Notes under the pieces: generated by a model
Databases searched by the model: none
What the model saw: the letters and a program-made list of their open reading frames with translations, nothing else
What the model was told of the DNA's origin: nothing
Assembly (NCBI GenBank): GCA_965203325.1
Contig: OZ241875.1
Span: 736,001-800,000 of the forward strand
From: a bacterium
GTDB taxonomy: Bacteria > UBA8248
Length of the DNA: 64,000 bases
Direction of reading: 5' to 3'
Shown here: positions 36,812 to 45,985 of the stretch, one piece after another
Position numbering within the stretch: the stretch's first letter is position 1
How the letters are laid out: the number at the start of each line of letters is the position of its first letter
Program-made: the position numbers and the translations under genes

Positions 36812-38161
36812 TCAAACGCCGCTCTTCGCTTTTTCGAGGGCCGCGACGTTCATCGGGTGCGCGTTGCGGCGGCGCTTGTCGACGCGGATGCGCAGGCGCG
36901 CGGCCTCGGCGGGACTCAAACCGGCTTCCCGCAGTTCGCTCCGGCTGAACCCCTTGCCGGGCCGCCAGGCTCTGCGCGCATCTCTCACGAGAGGGAGGAG
37001 CCCATTTTCCGGGAAAGGGGGTTCCGAGGCTTCCTCCGGTTCTTCCAACGGCAAGTCGGCAGCCGCGTCGACGGCCTCCGGCTCGCTCTCCCGAGGCGTT
37101 TCCGGCTCGGAAACCGTCGCCTCCGCCACGCTTTCCTGAGAGGTTTCCGGCTCAGGGGCAGCCGCCTCCACGGCGTTTTCAACTACGTCCGTGACGTCCT
37201 CATGTTCCGAAACGACACCAAGCGTAGCGTCCGGCCCATCTTCATGAGGGACTGCAAGATCGGATGCAGTCTCCTCTACGACCTTCTCCTCGACAACCGA
37301 AACGGCTTCGTCCTGCTCTTCATCCGAATCGGCCGCATCCGGCGAATCAGCCGGTTCCGGCACGGCCAGGGCATCGAAATCATCGCCATATCCTTCAAGC
37401 GGCTCAGGCTCGCGAGATGGCACGGCCTCATCCACCGAACCACCCGGGATCGACGCCGCCGGAGGTTCGTCATCCTCCGCCGCGTCGGCATCGTCAATAA
37501 TACGCACCCCGCTATCTTCAGGAATCTCCGCCGCCACGGGCGCATATCCCCCCACGACGCTTTCGGCTGCGTCGGGGGCTTCCTCAAACTCAAGAGCGGC
37601 ATCGCCGATAGCTTCCGACTCGCTTTCTACAAAAACCTCAGGCTCTGAGTCCGGCGGCTCCCCGGCCTTTTCGGAAACGCGCGCGGCGGTCTCCTCATCC
37701 TCCCGAGGCGAATCGGCCGGTTCCGGCACGGCCAGGGCCTCGAAACCATCGCCATATCCTGCAAGCGGCTCGGACCCGCGAGGCATCCCGGCCTCACCCG
37801 GCGGTTCATCCGAGACCGGCGCCGCCAATGATTCCGGGGCGGGGGCATGGCCGCTTTCTGGCGCGTCCACCACGTTCGCCGGTTCCGCGCCTTGCGGTTC
37901 ATCGGAAGCCAGTAACTCCAACTCGAGACCGTATCCGCTTTCTGGCGCGTCCGTTTCGCCCGCCGCATCCGGGTTCGGCGTTTCACCGGAAGCCAACAAC
38001 TCGAAGTGAGAGCCGTAGCCGCTTTGCTCCGCCTCGTTCTCAGAATACGGAACGCCCGGTTCGATGGCCGTGGGAGGCGGCAAATCAAACCCCTCTTCTT
38101 CCGGCTTTGGAGGTGCAGATTCCTTGCGACGCCCGATGCGGCTCAAAAATTTTTTCTTCAT
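36812..38161 (-). CDS. Acidic low-complexity protein with C-terminal ribosomal protein eL13 (L13e)-like domain
   Basis: C-terminus PLVR...RPGKGFSRSELREAGL...ARLRIRVDKRRRNAHPMNVAAL; N-terminal ~385 aa E/P/A/D-rich with repeats. Confidence 0.8.
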   Translation of the reverse strand: MKKKFLSRIGRRKESAPPKPEEEGFDLPPPTAIEPGVPYSENEAEQSGYGSHFELLASGETPNPDAAGETDAPESGYGLELELLASDEPQGAEPANVVDAPESGHAPAPESLAAPVSDEPPGEAGMPRGSEPLAGYGDGFEALAVPEPADSPREDEETAARVSEKAGEPPDSEPEVFVESESEAIGDAALEFEEAPDAAESVVGGYAPVAAEIPEDSGVRIIDDADAAEDDEPPAASIPGGSVDEAVPSREPEPLEGYGDDFDALAVPEPADSPDAADSDEEQDEAVSVVEEKVVEETASDLAVPHEDGPDATLGVVSEHEDVTDVVENAVEAAAPEPETSQESVAEATVSEPETPRESEPEAVDAAADLPLEEPEEASEPPFPENGLLPLVRDARRAWRPGKGFSRSELREAGLSPAEAARLRIRVDKRRRNAHPMNVAALEKAKSGV

Positions 38162-38257
38162 GATGACACCGCCCTCTTTCGGAAAAACTCACGAGTCCAT
38201 AAACTATCGTCGAGTAAATACAGGGGCGGTAAGAGAGGCAAGAAAACTTACGGGTTA

Positions 38258-38287
38258 AGACTAACGATAACAAAGATTTGGTGTCAA
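38258..38287 (-). promoter_or_regulatory. Sigma70-like promoter of the eL13-domain gene
   Basis: Minus strand TTGACA (38287-38282)-18 bp-TAGTCT (38263-38258). Confidence 0.5.
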
Positions 38288-38387
38288 GCCGCGCAAAAAC
38301 GAGCGCGTTGACGGGTATTCTCAATTATCCAAAACACGCGAAACCGGGAAGGCCGAGTGGGTGTCAATCGTTCAAACCGGATACGGG

Positions 38388-38705
38388 TCACCCGTCCTTT
38401 TGATGGATGGTTTGCAAGTCTCGATCGAGATCTTCGAGGTCATATTGGACCGGCGTTTTTCGGCTGCGCGCATAGTCCATCATCTCCCACAGGGAAACTC
38501 CCGCATCGCGCGCCGCCCGCGCAAGAGTGACCTTTCCATCCCCGTAGAGCCGGAAGTAATGCTCCAGCTTCCACTGCCGGACCGCGTTCGACAGCAGCCT
38601 TCGCAGGGTGGTCGAACGGTCGGACTGCTCCACATTCTCGATGAGTTCCAGTTCGCGAACCAGTTCCAGGGGGAGCCTCGCGCCTACCATGCGCTCTTTT
38701 TTCAT
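38388..38705 (-). CDS. UPF0175 family protein (RHH+HTH, antitoxin-like)
   Basis: VGARLP, DRSTTLRRLL, LYGDGKVTLARAARDAGVSLWEM, YDLEDLDRDL. Confidence 0.85.
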   Translation of the reverse strand: MKKERMVGARLPLELVRELELIENVEQSDRSTTLRRLLSNAVRQWKLEHYFRLYGDGKVTLARAARDAGVSLWEMMDYARSRKTPVQYDLEDLDRDLQTIHQKDG

Positions 38706-38741
38706 ACGATGCAATCCACACAATCCAGGGGTTGTGAGTAA

Positions 38742-40376
38742 TTATTCATCCCAACTATCCACTGATGCCTCATGCTTGATCATTTCCATGACATTGATAC
38801 CAGAAGACATGACCTCGAATCCACTAGATGTGCGACCGCTCTCAAAAATCTGCTGCCAGAAGTCATTATTTTGCTTTCCGCCGAACACCGAAGAGGATAG
38901 ATCCTTGTTGACCCACAGTGGGAGGCGCTTCAAAGCATCAACAAAATTCTCGATATTCTCCCAACAAGTATCCGGGATCGTATATTGAAACAATTTACCT
39001 TCGGGTAGCGGCTTACCTGTAGCGATGAAATAATGCTGAATAATCTGGCTCACGTATCTCAACCAATTGTAAACAATCTCTTCTTTGGCCATTCGGAACG
39101 CGCGGAGGTGAGGCTCCGGGATGTCTTCTCCTTTTTGGATATTGTGTTCAATCCGTCGAGTGCCAAGTGAAGGCTCAAATTGTCCGATGAAAATCTTCTC
39201 GGCAATGACATTCATCAATCGGACTATCTGTTCAATTTCGAGATACCGTGGATTCGCCCCTTCTTCGAGCTTGAAATTAAACGGGGTAGTCAACAAATCA
39301 GCATGGATAAAAAACGAGTAGAAGGTTTTTTCGACTGTACTGTAACTCAGAGGCTTTTGGGTGCCCCGACCACCATAGTCAATATAGTCGCGTAGCTTGT
39401 TGTCGGGATGTCGTGTGATGCTGTTTCGAATCCAATCAATGACATACCTCTTCATTTCCCTGCTTTCGCCTTTGAAATGATTGACGAGATCCCTTTCCGT
39501 GAAACTCTCGTAATCTTCGTCTTTCCCACAATCACTTCGATAACGCTTCATTCTATCTTCCAACAGGGAACTACCGAGACTTCTCTGCACCGATTTGTCG
39601 AATGCGACTTGGCGCAGCGTCGTGCCTGCGTGAGTGTTCGCCGTCAGTAAGATATCGGTATCCGGATCGATGAACACTCGAACCGGTAGGCAACGAGTCC
39701 CCAAAAGTATTTGTGCAGCTGCTTTGTGTTGGCCGTCGAATATCTGAACTTTGGTCAGGTTGCCATTAGAAGTATCGAGCCATCCCAATGCGATATGAAG
39801 TTGTGGCATCTGCTTATGGAATTCCTCCACAATCTTCCTGAGATTCGCCCCAATTGGCCGTGGATTTATGTGGTTATCATGATGCAAGTACTCAATGGGG
39901 AGGTTGATGAATGTATAACGAAACCCTGACAGATCATCTTTATAGATCGGAAATGTAAGAATGTCGTTCTGGCCGAGATCAGAGAACGCCGTTTTCAATT
40001 TCTCTTCGTTAACAGTGACCGAAAGTTCATATTTAGCGCCACCATTCTCGCTAAGGACATCACCGAGGTTGGGAGAACGGTCTTCCGATATCGACTCCGA
40101 TATCCTATCAAAGGAAGCGAGGATCCTCGCTACACGAAGGTCACTGGCTTGTTTCGTCCGATTACACGAATCATGGGTGACGGCGAAGTTGCTCGGATCG
40201 TCTTTTCCGCCGACTTTGGTCGGCTCTACATGGTCGATATCAATATGGTTGCCATGGACATCGGGGTCAATCGCCTTCCCACAGATGAAACAATTGTTAT
40301 TTTGTGTTTTCAGAAGACGATTAATGAGTTCCCGGCGTTCCTCAACCGACAGTCTGTTGAGATAAGGTGATGGCAT
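38742..40376 (-). CDS. HNH endonuclease fused to a ParB/DndB-like (DGQHK) domain
   Basis: CFIC...IDIDHVEP...GGKDDPSNFAVTHDSCNRTK; INPR; IFDGQHKAAA; lower GC than flanks. Confidence 0.85.
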   Translation of the reverse strand: MPSPYLNRLSVEERRELINRLLKTQNNNCFICGKAIDPDVHGNHIDIDHVEPTKVGGKDDPSNFAVTHDSCNRTKQASDLRVARILASFDRISESISEDRSPNLGDVLSENGGAKYELSVTVNEEKLKTAFSDLGQNDILTFPIYKDDLSGFRYTFINLPIEYLHHDNHINPRPIGANLRKIVEEFHKQMPQLHIALGWLDTSNGNLTKVQIFDGQHKAAAQILLGTRCLPVRVFIDPDTDILLTANTHAGTTLRQVAFDKSVQRSLGSSLLEDRMKRYRSDCGKDEDYESFTERDLVNHFKGESREMKRYVIDWIRNSITRHPDNKLRDYIDYGGRGTQKPLSYSTVEKTFYSFFIHADLLTTPFNFKLEEGANPRYLEIEQIVRLMNVIAEKIFIGQFEPSLGTRRIEHNIQKGEDIPEPHLRAFRMAKEEIVYNWLRYVSQIIQHYFIATGKPLPEGKLFQYTIPDTCWENIENFVDALKRLPLWVNKDLSSSVFGGKQNNDFWQQIFESGRTSSGFEVMSSGINVMEMIKHEASVDSWDE

Positions 40377-40454
40377 CGCAGTCCTCCATTAGACCTCGTG
40401 CGAGTGGAACATAATTACGGACCGCAGAAGCTACCTGTCAAGCCCTACAATCCG

Positions 40455-41237
40455 TCAGCCAATGAACTCGGCCTCACCACTTACATCACCCGCCAGTTCC
40501 TCGGCGGTCCGGATGATGAGTTCGATGTCCGCATCCCGCGAGAGCCGGTGGCCGCCGTCCTTGACGAGCATGAGTCTCACGTCATCGCTTTTGAGGACCT
40601 CGGTCAGTTTCAAGGAAACCTCCCAGGAAATCGTTTCATCGAGCATCCCGTGTATAAGGCGAACCGGGCAGTTCAAATCGATCTCACCCCGCAGGAGCAG
40701 GTGCTTATCCCCCTCATCGAGGAGCTTTTTGGTGAAGGGATACGGCTCCCCCCAGATGTTGGGCGCGTGCATGACGTATCCCCGCTCGTCGAGTTCACGC
40801 TCCATCTCTTCGGTGAGCCTGTGCTTCTTGAAGCCATCCGTAAAATCAGGTCCCGACGCCACGCCCACCAGCCCTTTCACGCGTTCGGGCCGGGCCAGGG
40901 CGGTGAGCAGCATCATCCACGCGCCCATGCTGGAACCCACGAGCACTTGGGGTCCCCGGGCGACCTCGTCCAGGATCGCCAGCGCGTCCTCCGCCCACTC
41001 GCCGATGGTTCCCTCCTCGAATTTTCCCGAGGATTCCCCGTGTCCGCCGTAGTCGAAGCGAACGTAGGCGCGCCCCACCTTCCGGCAATGGGCTTCGAGC
41101 GCGCTCGCCTTCGTCCCGCTCATGTCCGAGCGGAAACCGCCCAGGAACATCAGGCCGGGCGATTCGCCCTCCAGACGGAACCAGGCGAGCGAATTCCCGT
41201 TTTCTCTGTGAAGAAAACTCGATCCGGAGTCGGACAT
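40455..41237 (-). CDS. Alpha/beta hydrolase (ABHD10-like)
   Basis: GGFRSDMSGTKA, FDYGGHG, GSSMG, HGMLD, GGHRLS. Confidence 0.93.
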   Translation of the reverse strand: MSDSGSSFLHRENGNSLAWFRLEGESPGLMFLGGFRSDMSGTKASALEAHCRKVGRAYVRFDYGGHGESSGKFEEGTIGEWAEDALAILDEVARGPQVLVGSSMGAWMMLLTALARPERVKGLVGVASGPDFTDGFKKHRLTEEMERELDERGYVMHAPNIWGEPYPFTKKLLDEGDKHLLLRGEIDLNCPVRLIHGMLDETISWEVSLKLTEVLKSDDVRLMLVKDGGHRLSRDADIELIIRTAEELAGDVSGEAEFIG

Positions 41238-41244
41238 TTTCGTT

Positions 41245-41778
41245 TCAGGATGAATTTTTCAGATGGTCGAGCAGCCGGGCGGGGACGCTCCGGATTGCGG
41301 CCTCCGCCGCCTCGTCTATGCAATGCCCATCCTCGTCGAAGACCTTGTGGACGCTTCCGATGGAAGCCTGACCGGGCAGAACCTCTCCGCCGATGTGGGT
41401 GAGAATATGCCTCAGGTGCGCGAGGGCGTTGTCCGCGCTCGGCCCCATCGCCACGCCCAGGATGGCGATGGTCTTGCCCTCGAACGTGGAGGGATAGCCC
41501 AGGTTGTCGATCGCCAGCTTGAGCGTGCTGCTGATGCTGCCGTGATACTCGGGCGTCGCGATGAGGATTCCCGCCGCCCCCGTCACGAGACTTTGCAGCA
41601 TATCGGGGTCTTTCGACTCGCTCGGCTCACCGGGCAGGGGCAGGTCCAGTTCACCCAGATGGATGCGCTTGATCTCGAAATCGCCCTTCCCCAACTCATC
41701 GAGCGCGAGGGCGAGGGCTTTATCGGTATTGTTCTGGGGCCTGCGGCTGCCGCCGAAGACAAGGATGTAGGGAGTCAT
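41245..41778 (-). CDS. NADPH-dependent FMN reductase
   Basis: GSRR, ATPEYHGSISSTLKLAID. Confidence 0.92.
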   Translation of the reverse strand: MTPYILVFGGSRRPQNNTDKALALALDELGKGDFEIKRIHLGELDLPLPGEPSESKDPDMLQSLVTGAAGILIATPEYHGSISSTLKLAIDNLGYPSTFEGKTIAILGVAMGPSADNALAHLRHILTHIGGEVLPGQASIGSVHKVFDEDGHCIDEAAEAAIRSVPARLLDHLKNSS

Positions 41779-41793
41779 TTCCAGTTTTTTCGA

Positions 41794-42927
41794 TTATGCG
41801 GCGACGCCGGCCGGCTCGGGCAGTACGATGGGTTCGGTATCCTTGAGAAGCGGCAGGACCTCCCTGCCGAATATTTCCGCCTCTTCCCTGTGGGGCCATC
41901 CGTTCATGATGAAATGCCGCACGCCCGCTTCGTAATACTCGCGAATCACGCCTGCGACCATATCCGGCGTCCCGACGAACATCGTCCCCGCACCGCCGCG
42001 CACCCTGTTCACGCCCATCCAGATCGTATCGGTGATCCAGAGGCTGTCGCGCGAGCCCATCTCGTTGATGCGCATCTGTCCGGTGGATTCGGTGACGTTC
42101 TTCATGTCGCTCCACGTTCCCGTGTTCGAGATGTCGCTCCCCTCGATGAGCGCCTCGGCGGCGCGCACCGCCTCTTTCCTCGTCTCGCGCACGCAGACCA
42201 AATGGCGGATGCCGTAGCTGAGCGGCCGTTCGCGCTCATACGCCTGGGACTCGCGCCTGCCCTCCTCGATGTCCTTGCCGACGACTTCTGGTTCGGCGGC
42301 GTACATCATGTGCACGTCGCCGTGTTCCCACGCCACGCGCTTGCCGGGGTCTGAGCTACCCGCCAGGAAAATCGGGGGATTGGGCTTCGTCACCCGCTCG
42401 GGGAATATCCCTGCGTTTTCGATCTCGAAGAATTTTCCCTTGTAGTCGAGCGGCCCCTCCGCGTTCCAGAGCTTGCGCACCACGTCCAGGAACTCGCCCG
42501 TGCGCGCGTAGCGATCGTCATGCGGCATGAAATCTCCGTATCTTTTCTGATCCACGGGCGTGCTGCCCGTCACCACGTTAAGCGTGCAGCGCCCGCCGGT
42601 GAGGTAATCGAGGCTGTTCGCCTGCTGCGCCGCGTAGACCGGGCCGGTGATTCCGGGCCGGAAAGCCACCAGGAACTTGATCTTCTTCGTCCGGCTCGAA
42701 ATCGCGCCCGCCGTCGTCCAGGCGTCGATGCAGTGCGTGCCGCACGGCACGAGGATGTTGGCGAAGCCCGCCTCCTCGGCCGACGTCGTGACTTCCGCGA
42801 GATAATCCAGAGTGGCGGGCCGATCGGGCGTCTTCTGGTTCACCTGCGACCCGTCCCCCGCCCTGTGGGAGCAGAGCGCCCAGATGTATTCGGTGGACAT
42901 CTTTCGTCTCCTCGGCGCCTCACTCAC
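41794..42927 (-). CDS. LLM-class flavin-dependent monooxygenase (SsuD-like)
   Basis: AEEAGFANILVP, FLVAFRPG, LNVVTG, HDDRYARTGEF, AGSS, VGTP. Confidence 0.92.
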   Translation of the reverse strand: MSEAPRRRKMSTEYIWALCSHRAGDGSQVNQKTPDRPATLDYLAEVTTSAEEAGFANILVPCGTHCIDAWTTAGAISSRTKKIKFLVAFRPGITGPVYAAQQANSLDYLTGGRCTLNVVTGSTPVDQKRYGDFMPHDDRYARTGEFLDVVRKLWNAEGPLDYKGKFFEIENAGIFPERVTKPNPPIFLAGSSDPGKRVAWEHGDVHMMYAAEPEVVGKDIEEGRRESQAYERERPLSYGIRHLVCVRETRKEAVRAAEALIEGSDISNTGTWSDMKNVTESTGQMRINEMGSRDSLWITDTIWMGVNRVRGGAGTMFVGTPDMVAGVIREYYEAGVRHFIMNGWPHREEAEIFGREVLPLLKDTEPIVLPEPAGVAA

Positions 42928-43030
42928 CCGCGTGGCGCGACTTGGAAGAAGTCCTGAGTTTCACCCGGAACACGTACATCAAGATAAAGCCATCGCCATC
43001 ACGGATCAAGTCCGTAAATCAACGCTGAAG

Positions 43031-43434
43031 CATGGCTGTTGAAAAGTCCCCGCAAGCGGTGGGGGTACGATGGTTTTGTAGTGACAACCCCTCCCCGGGG
43101 TTGCCCCACAGTTCACGAACCGCCCCTGCAGGCGTCATTCCGGCATGTTTTAAGCCGGGATCCATTTTCAAGCAGAATGACGATACGCCGGCTTTTCATC
43201 TCCCCGTCATTGGGGGAAGCAATCAGGAAATAAAAACAAAGGCAAAACAAATGGATTCCGGCTTTCGCCAGAATGACGATCAAAAGCATATTCACCCGTA
43301 GGGGCGGCCCCCTGTGGCCGCCCACATCGTATATGATCATCCCCGTGACTACCCTTCGCAGGGACAGGCACGGGGGCCTGTCCCTACAAACCCTCTACTT
43401 GCAGGGACCTGTGTGGGCTTTTTCAACAACCCCC
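43031..43434. mobile_element. MITE-like non-autonomous element with REP-like cargo
   Basis: TIRs GGCTGTTGAAAAG / CTTTTTCAACAACC; flanking direct repeat GAAG (43027-43030, 43435-43438). Confidence 0.75.
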
Positions 43435-43523
43435 GAAGCGCGAGTAACAGGCGCAAACCGGGTTCGCAACTCAACAGGGCGAATGACCTTTCGTCGGGCC
43501 GGCCGATCAGCGCTTGGACGAAT

Positions 43524-44114
43524 TCAGGGCGCTTTCTCCAAAACGACCATGTAGCGGCGCTCGCGCCTGCGCTCGACGATGACGTTTCGGCGCTCCATCC
43601 CGTGCCCCGGCAGCCGCAGCCACATCGAATACTCGCCCGGGGTGAGATTCGTCACCTCGATCGCCGGGGCCGCCTTGCCGTAATACTGGCTCCCGATAAA
43701 GACCTCCGCGCCCGGCGGGTCGGAGCGGACGACGAGGCGGCCTGCGCCCTCTCTCGTCAACCGCATCTCGATGGACGTCTTCTTCGCGCGCACGTCGACT
43801 TCGAGAACCTGGCCGACGTAGCCGGGAAACTCCGCCCGGATCGAATGACGCCCGTAGTCCACACCCTTGATCTCGACGGGCCTGAGTTTATAGGCCTCCC
43901 CGCGCGGATTTCCGTTGAAGATGACGACGGCGCCCTCGGGCCTGCTCGTCACGACGATCTCGCCCTTGCCGCTGCGCGGAGCTTCAGCGGCTTTTTTCCC
44001 CCGGGCGCACCCCACAGCCGACACCAGGGCGAATAGCATGGACAGAACAACAATGAAACGGATGGGGCGCTTCGGCGGCGAAATGGAAGCAAAGAGTCTC
44101 TTCTTCATGCTCAT
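43524..44114 (-). CDS. PEGA domain (lipo)protein
   Basis: Two repeats VTSRPEGAVV / VRSDPPGAEVF; AVGC lipobox. Confidence 0.88.
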   Translation of the reverse strand: MSMKKRLFASISPPKRPIRFIVVLSMLFALVSAVGCARGKKAAEAPRSGKGEIVVTSRPEGAVVIFNGNPRGEAYKLRPVEIKGVDYGRHSIRAEFPGYVGQVLEVDVRAKKTSIEMRLTREGAGRLVVRSDPPGAEVFIGSQYYGKAAPAIEVTNLTPGEYSMWLRLPGHGMERRNVIVERRRERRYMVVLEKAP

Positions 44115-44287
44115 CCCTCCTGTCTTGCGAGACCTGAGCCTTTTGCATCCCTCTAATGTACCCTGTTTCGGGCGAGAGCAAAAGCCGGGGGAAAAGACGA
44201 CCCCCGCACGCGCTTGCCCATTCCCCTCCCATGAGGAATGATGCGGGTAAATTCCAGAAAATAATCACCAGGGGAGAAGATTCCAAG

Positions 44288-45982
44288 ATGCGGGGACACC
44301 TGAGAGGACTGACGAACTATGGCGACCCAGGCTTCAGCGTTTTCGCGAGAGGCGCCTACGCGCGGGGGTTCGGCCTGACGAAAGAGGACCTGGAAAAACC
44401 CATCGTCGGCATCGCGCAGACCTGGAGCGAACTCAACCCCTGCCACCGCCACCTGCGCGAGATCGCCGAGGCCGTCAAGCGCGGCGTCTGGCAATCGGGC
44501 GGCCTGCCGCTGGAGTTTCCCACCATCTCCCTGGGCGAGATGTACATGAATCCGACTGCCATGTTCTTCCGGAACCTCCTCTCGATGGACACCGAAGAGA
44601 TGATCAAGGGCCAGCCCATGGACGGGGTGGTACTGCTCGGCGGCTGCGACAAGACGCTCCCCGCGCAACTCATGGGCGCGGCCAGCGCCGGGATGCCCGC
44701 CATCTGCGTGACGGCGGGGCCGATGATCGGCGGACGCTTCGAGGACAAGGTGCTGGGCGCGTGCTCGGACTGCCGGGGGACGTGGGCCGAATACCGGGCG
44801 GGCAACTATGACGACGCGCGCCTCGAAGAGGTCCAGGGTTCGCTCTTCCCGTCCACGGGCACCTGCATGGTGATGGGAACGGCGAGCACGATGGCGTCCC
44901 TCACCGAGGCGATGGGCATGATGCTGCCGGGTCTCGCGGCGGTCCCGGCGGTGAACTCGAACCGCATGCGCCTCGCGGAGCAAAGCGGGCGGCGCATCAC
45001 CGGGTTGATCGAAAAAGACATCACGCCCGAGAAAATCATGACGCGCGAGGCGTTCGAGAACGCCATCCGCGTGCTGATGGCCGTGGGCGGATCGACGAAC
45101 GCCGTCGTCCACCTGCCCGCCATCGCCGGACGGCTGGGCATCGACCTCCCGCTATCGGTGTTCGATGACATCTCGCGCACCACGCCCATGATCGGCAACA
45201 TCCGGCCATCGGGGAAGAAATACCTGATGGAGGACTTGGCTGCTGCTGGCGGAATCCCGGTGGTGATGAAGGAACTCGAACCCCTGCTCCATGGGGATTG
45301 CCTCACCGTGACGGGAGAGACCGTGAGCGAGAACCTCTCGAAAATCCAAGGGGCGCAGCCGTGGCAGGACGTCATCTACACGCGGGAGGAACCCATATCC
45401 GAAGAAGGCGGCCTCGTCATCGTCAAGGGCTCGCTCGCACCCGACGGGGCGGTCATCAAGATTTCAGCGGCGGACTCCGATCTGCTGACGCATACGGGTC
45501 CTGCGGTCGTGTTCTCATCCCAGCAGGATTTGATCGAGCGAATCGACGACCCCGACCTCCCCGCCACGGCGGAGAGCATCTTCGTGCTCCAGAACACGGG
45601 TCCCATCGGCGCGCCCGGCTTCCCGGAGGCAGGCTCCCTGCCGCTGCCCAAGAAGCTGCTCGAAGCGGGCGTTCGCGACGTGGTGCGCATTTCGGACGCG
45701 CGCATGAGCGGGACGGCGTCGGGAACCATCGTGCTGCACGTGGCGCCCGAAGCGGCGGCGGGCGGCCCCCTCGCCCTCGTCCGGGACGGCGACATGATCA
45801 CCCTGGACGTCCCGAACCGAAAGCTGGATCTCAACGTCCCCGAAGAAGAACTCCAGCGCCGCCGCGCCACGCTTGAGCCTGTGCCGCCTCACTACGACAG
45901 GGGCTACGGCAGGCTGTTTATCGAAAACGTGCTCCAGGCGCCCGATGGCTGTGACTTCGGTTTCCTGAGAAAGGCGGAATAA
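44288..45982 (+). CDS. IlvD/Edd family dehydratase (probably sugar-acid type)
   Basis: NPCH, GGCDKT, GTCMVMGTASTM, GGSTN, SDARMSGT, HVAPEA. Confidence 0.95.
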   Translation: MRGHLRGLTNYGDPGFSVFARGAYARGFGLTKEDLEKPIVGIAQTWSELNPCHRHLREIAEAVKRGVWQSGGLPLEFPTISLGEMYMNPTAMFFRNLLSMDTEEMIKGQPMDGVVLLGGCDKTLPAQLMGAASAGMPAICVTAGPMIGGRFEDKVLGACSDCRGTWAEYRAGNYDDARLEEVQGSLFPSTGTCMVMGTASTMASLTEAMGMMLPGLAAVPAVNSNRMRLAEQSGRRITGLIEKDITPEKIMTREAFENAIRVLMAVGGSTNAVVHLPAIAGRLGIDLPLSVFDDISRTTPMIGNIRPSGKKYLMEDLAAAGGIPVVMKELEPLLHGDCLTVTGETVSENLSKIQGAQPWQDVIYTREEPISEEGGLVIVKGSLAPDGAVIKISAADSDLLTHTGPAVVFSSQQDLIERIDDPDLPATAESIFVLQNTGPIGAPGFPEAGSLPLPKKLLEAGVRDVVRISDARMSGTASGTIVLHVAPEAAAGGPLALVRDGDMITLDVPNRKLDLNVPEEELQRRRATLEPVPPHYDRGYGRLFIENVLQAPDGCDFGFLRKAE

Positions 45983-45985
45983 GCC

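Noticed and set aside
35890..40450. attL/attR duplication of the tRNA-Asn 3' end
   Set aside because: I could not find a second copy by eye and no integrase is adjacent, so the island boundaries remain unproven.
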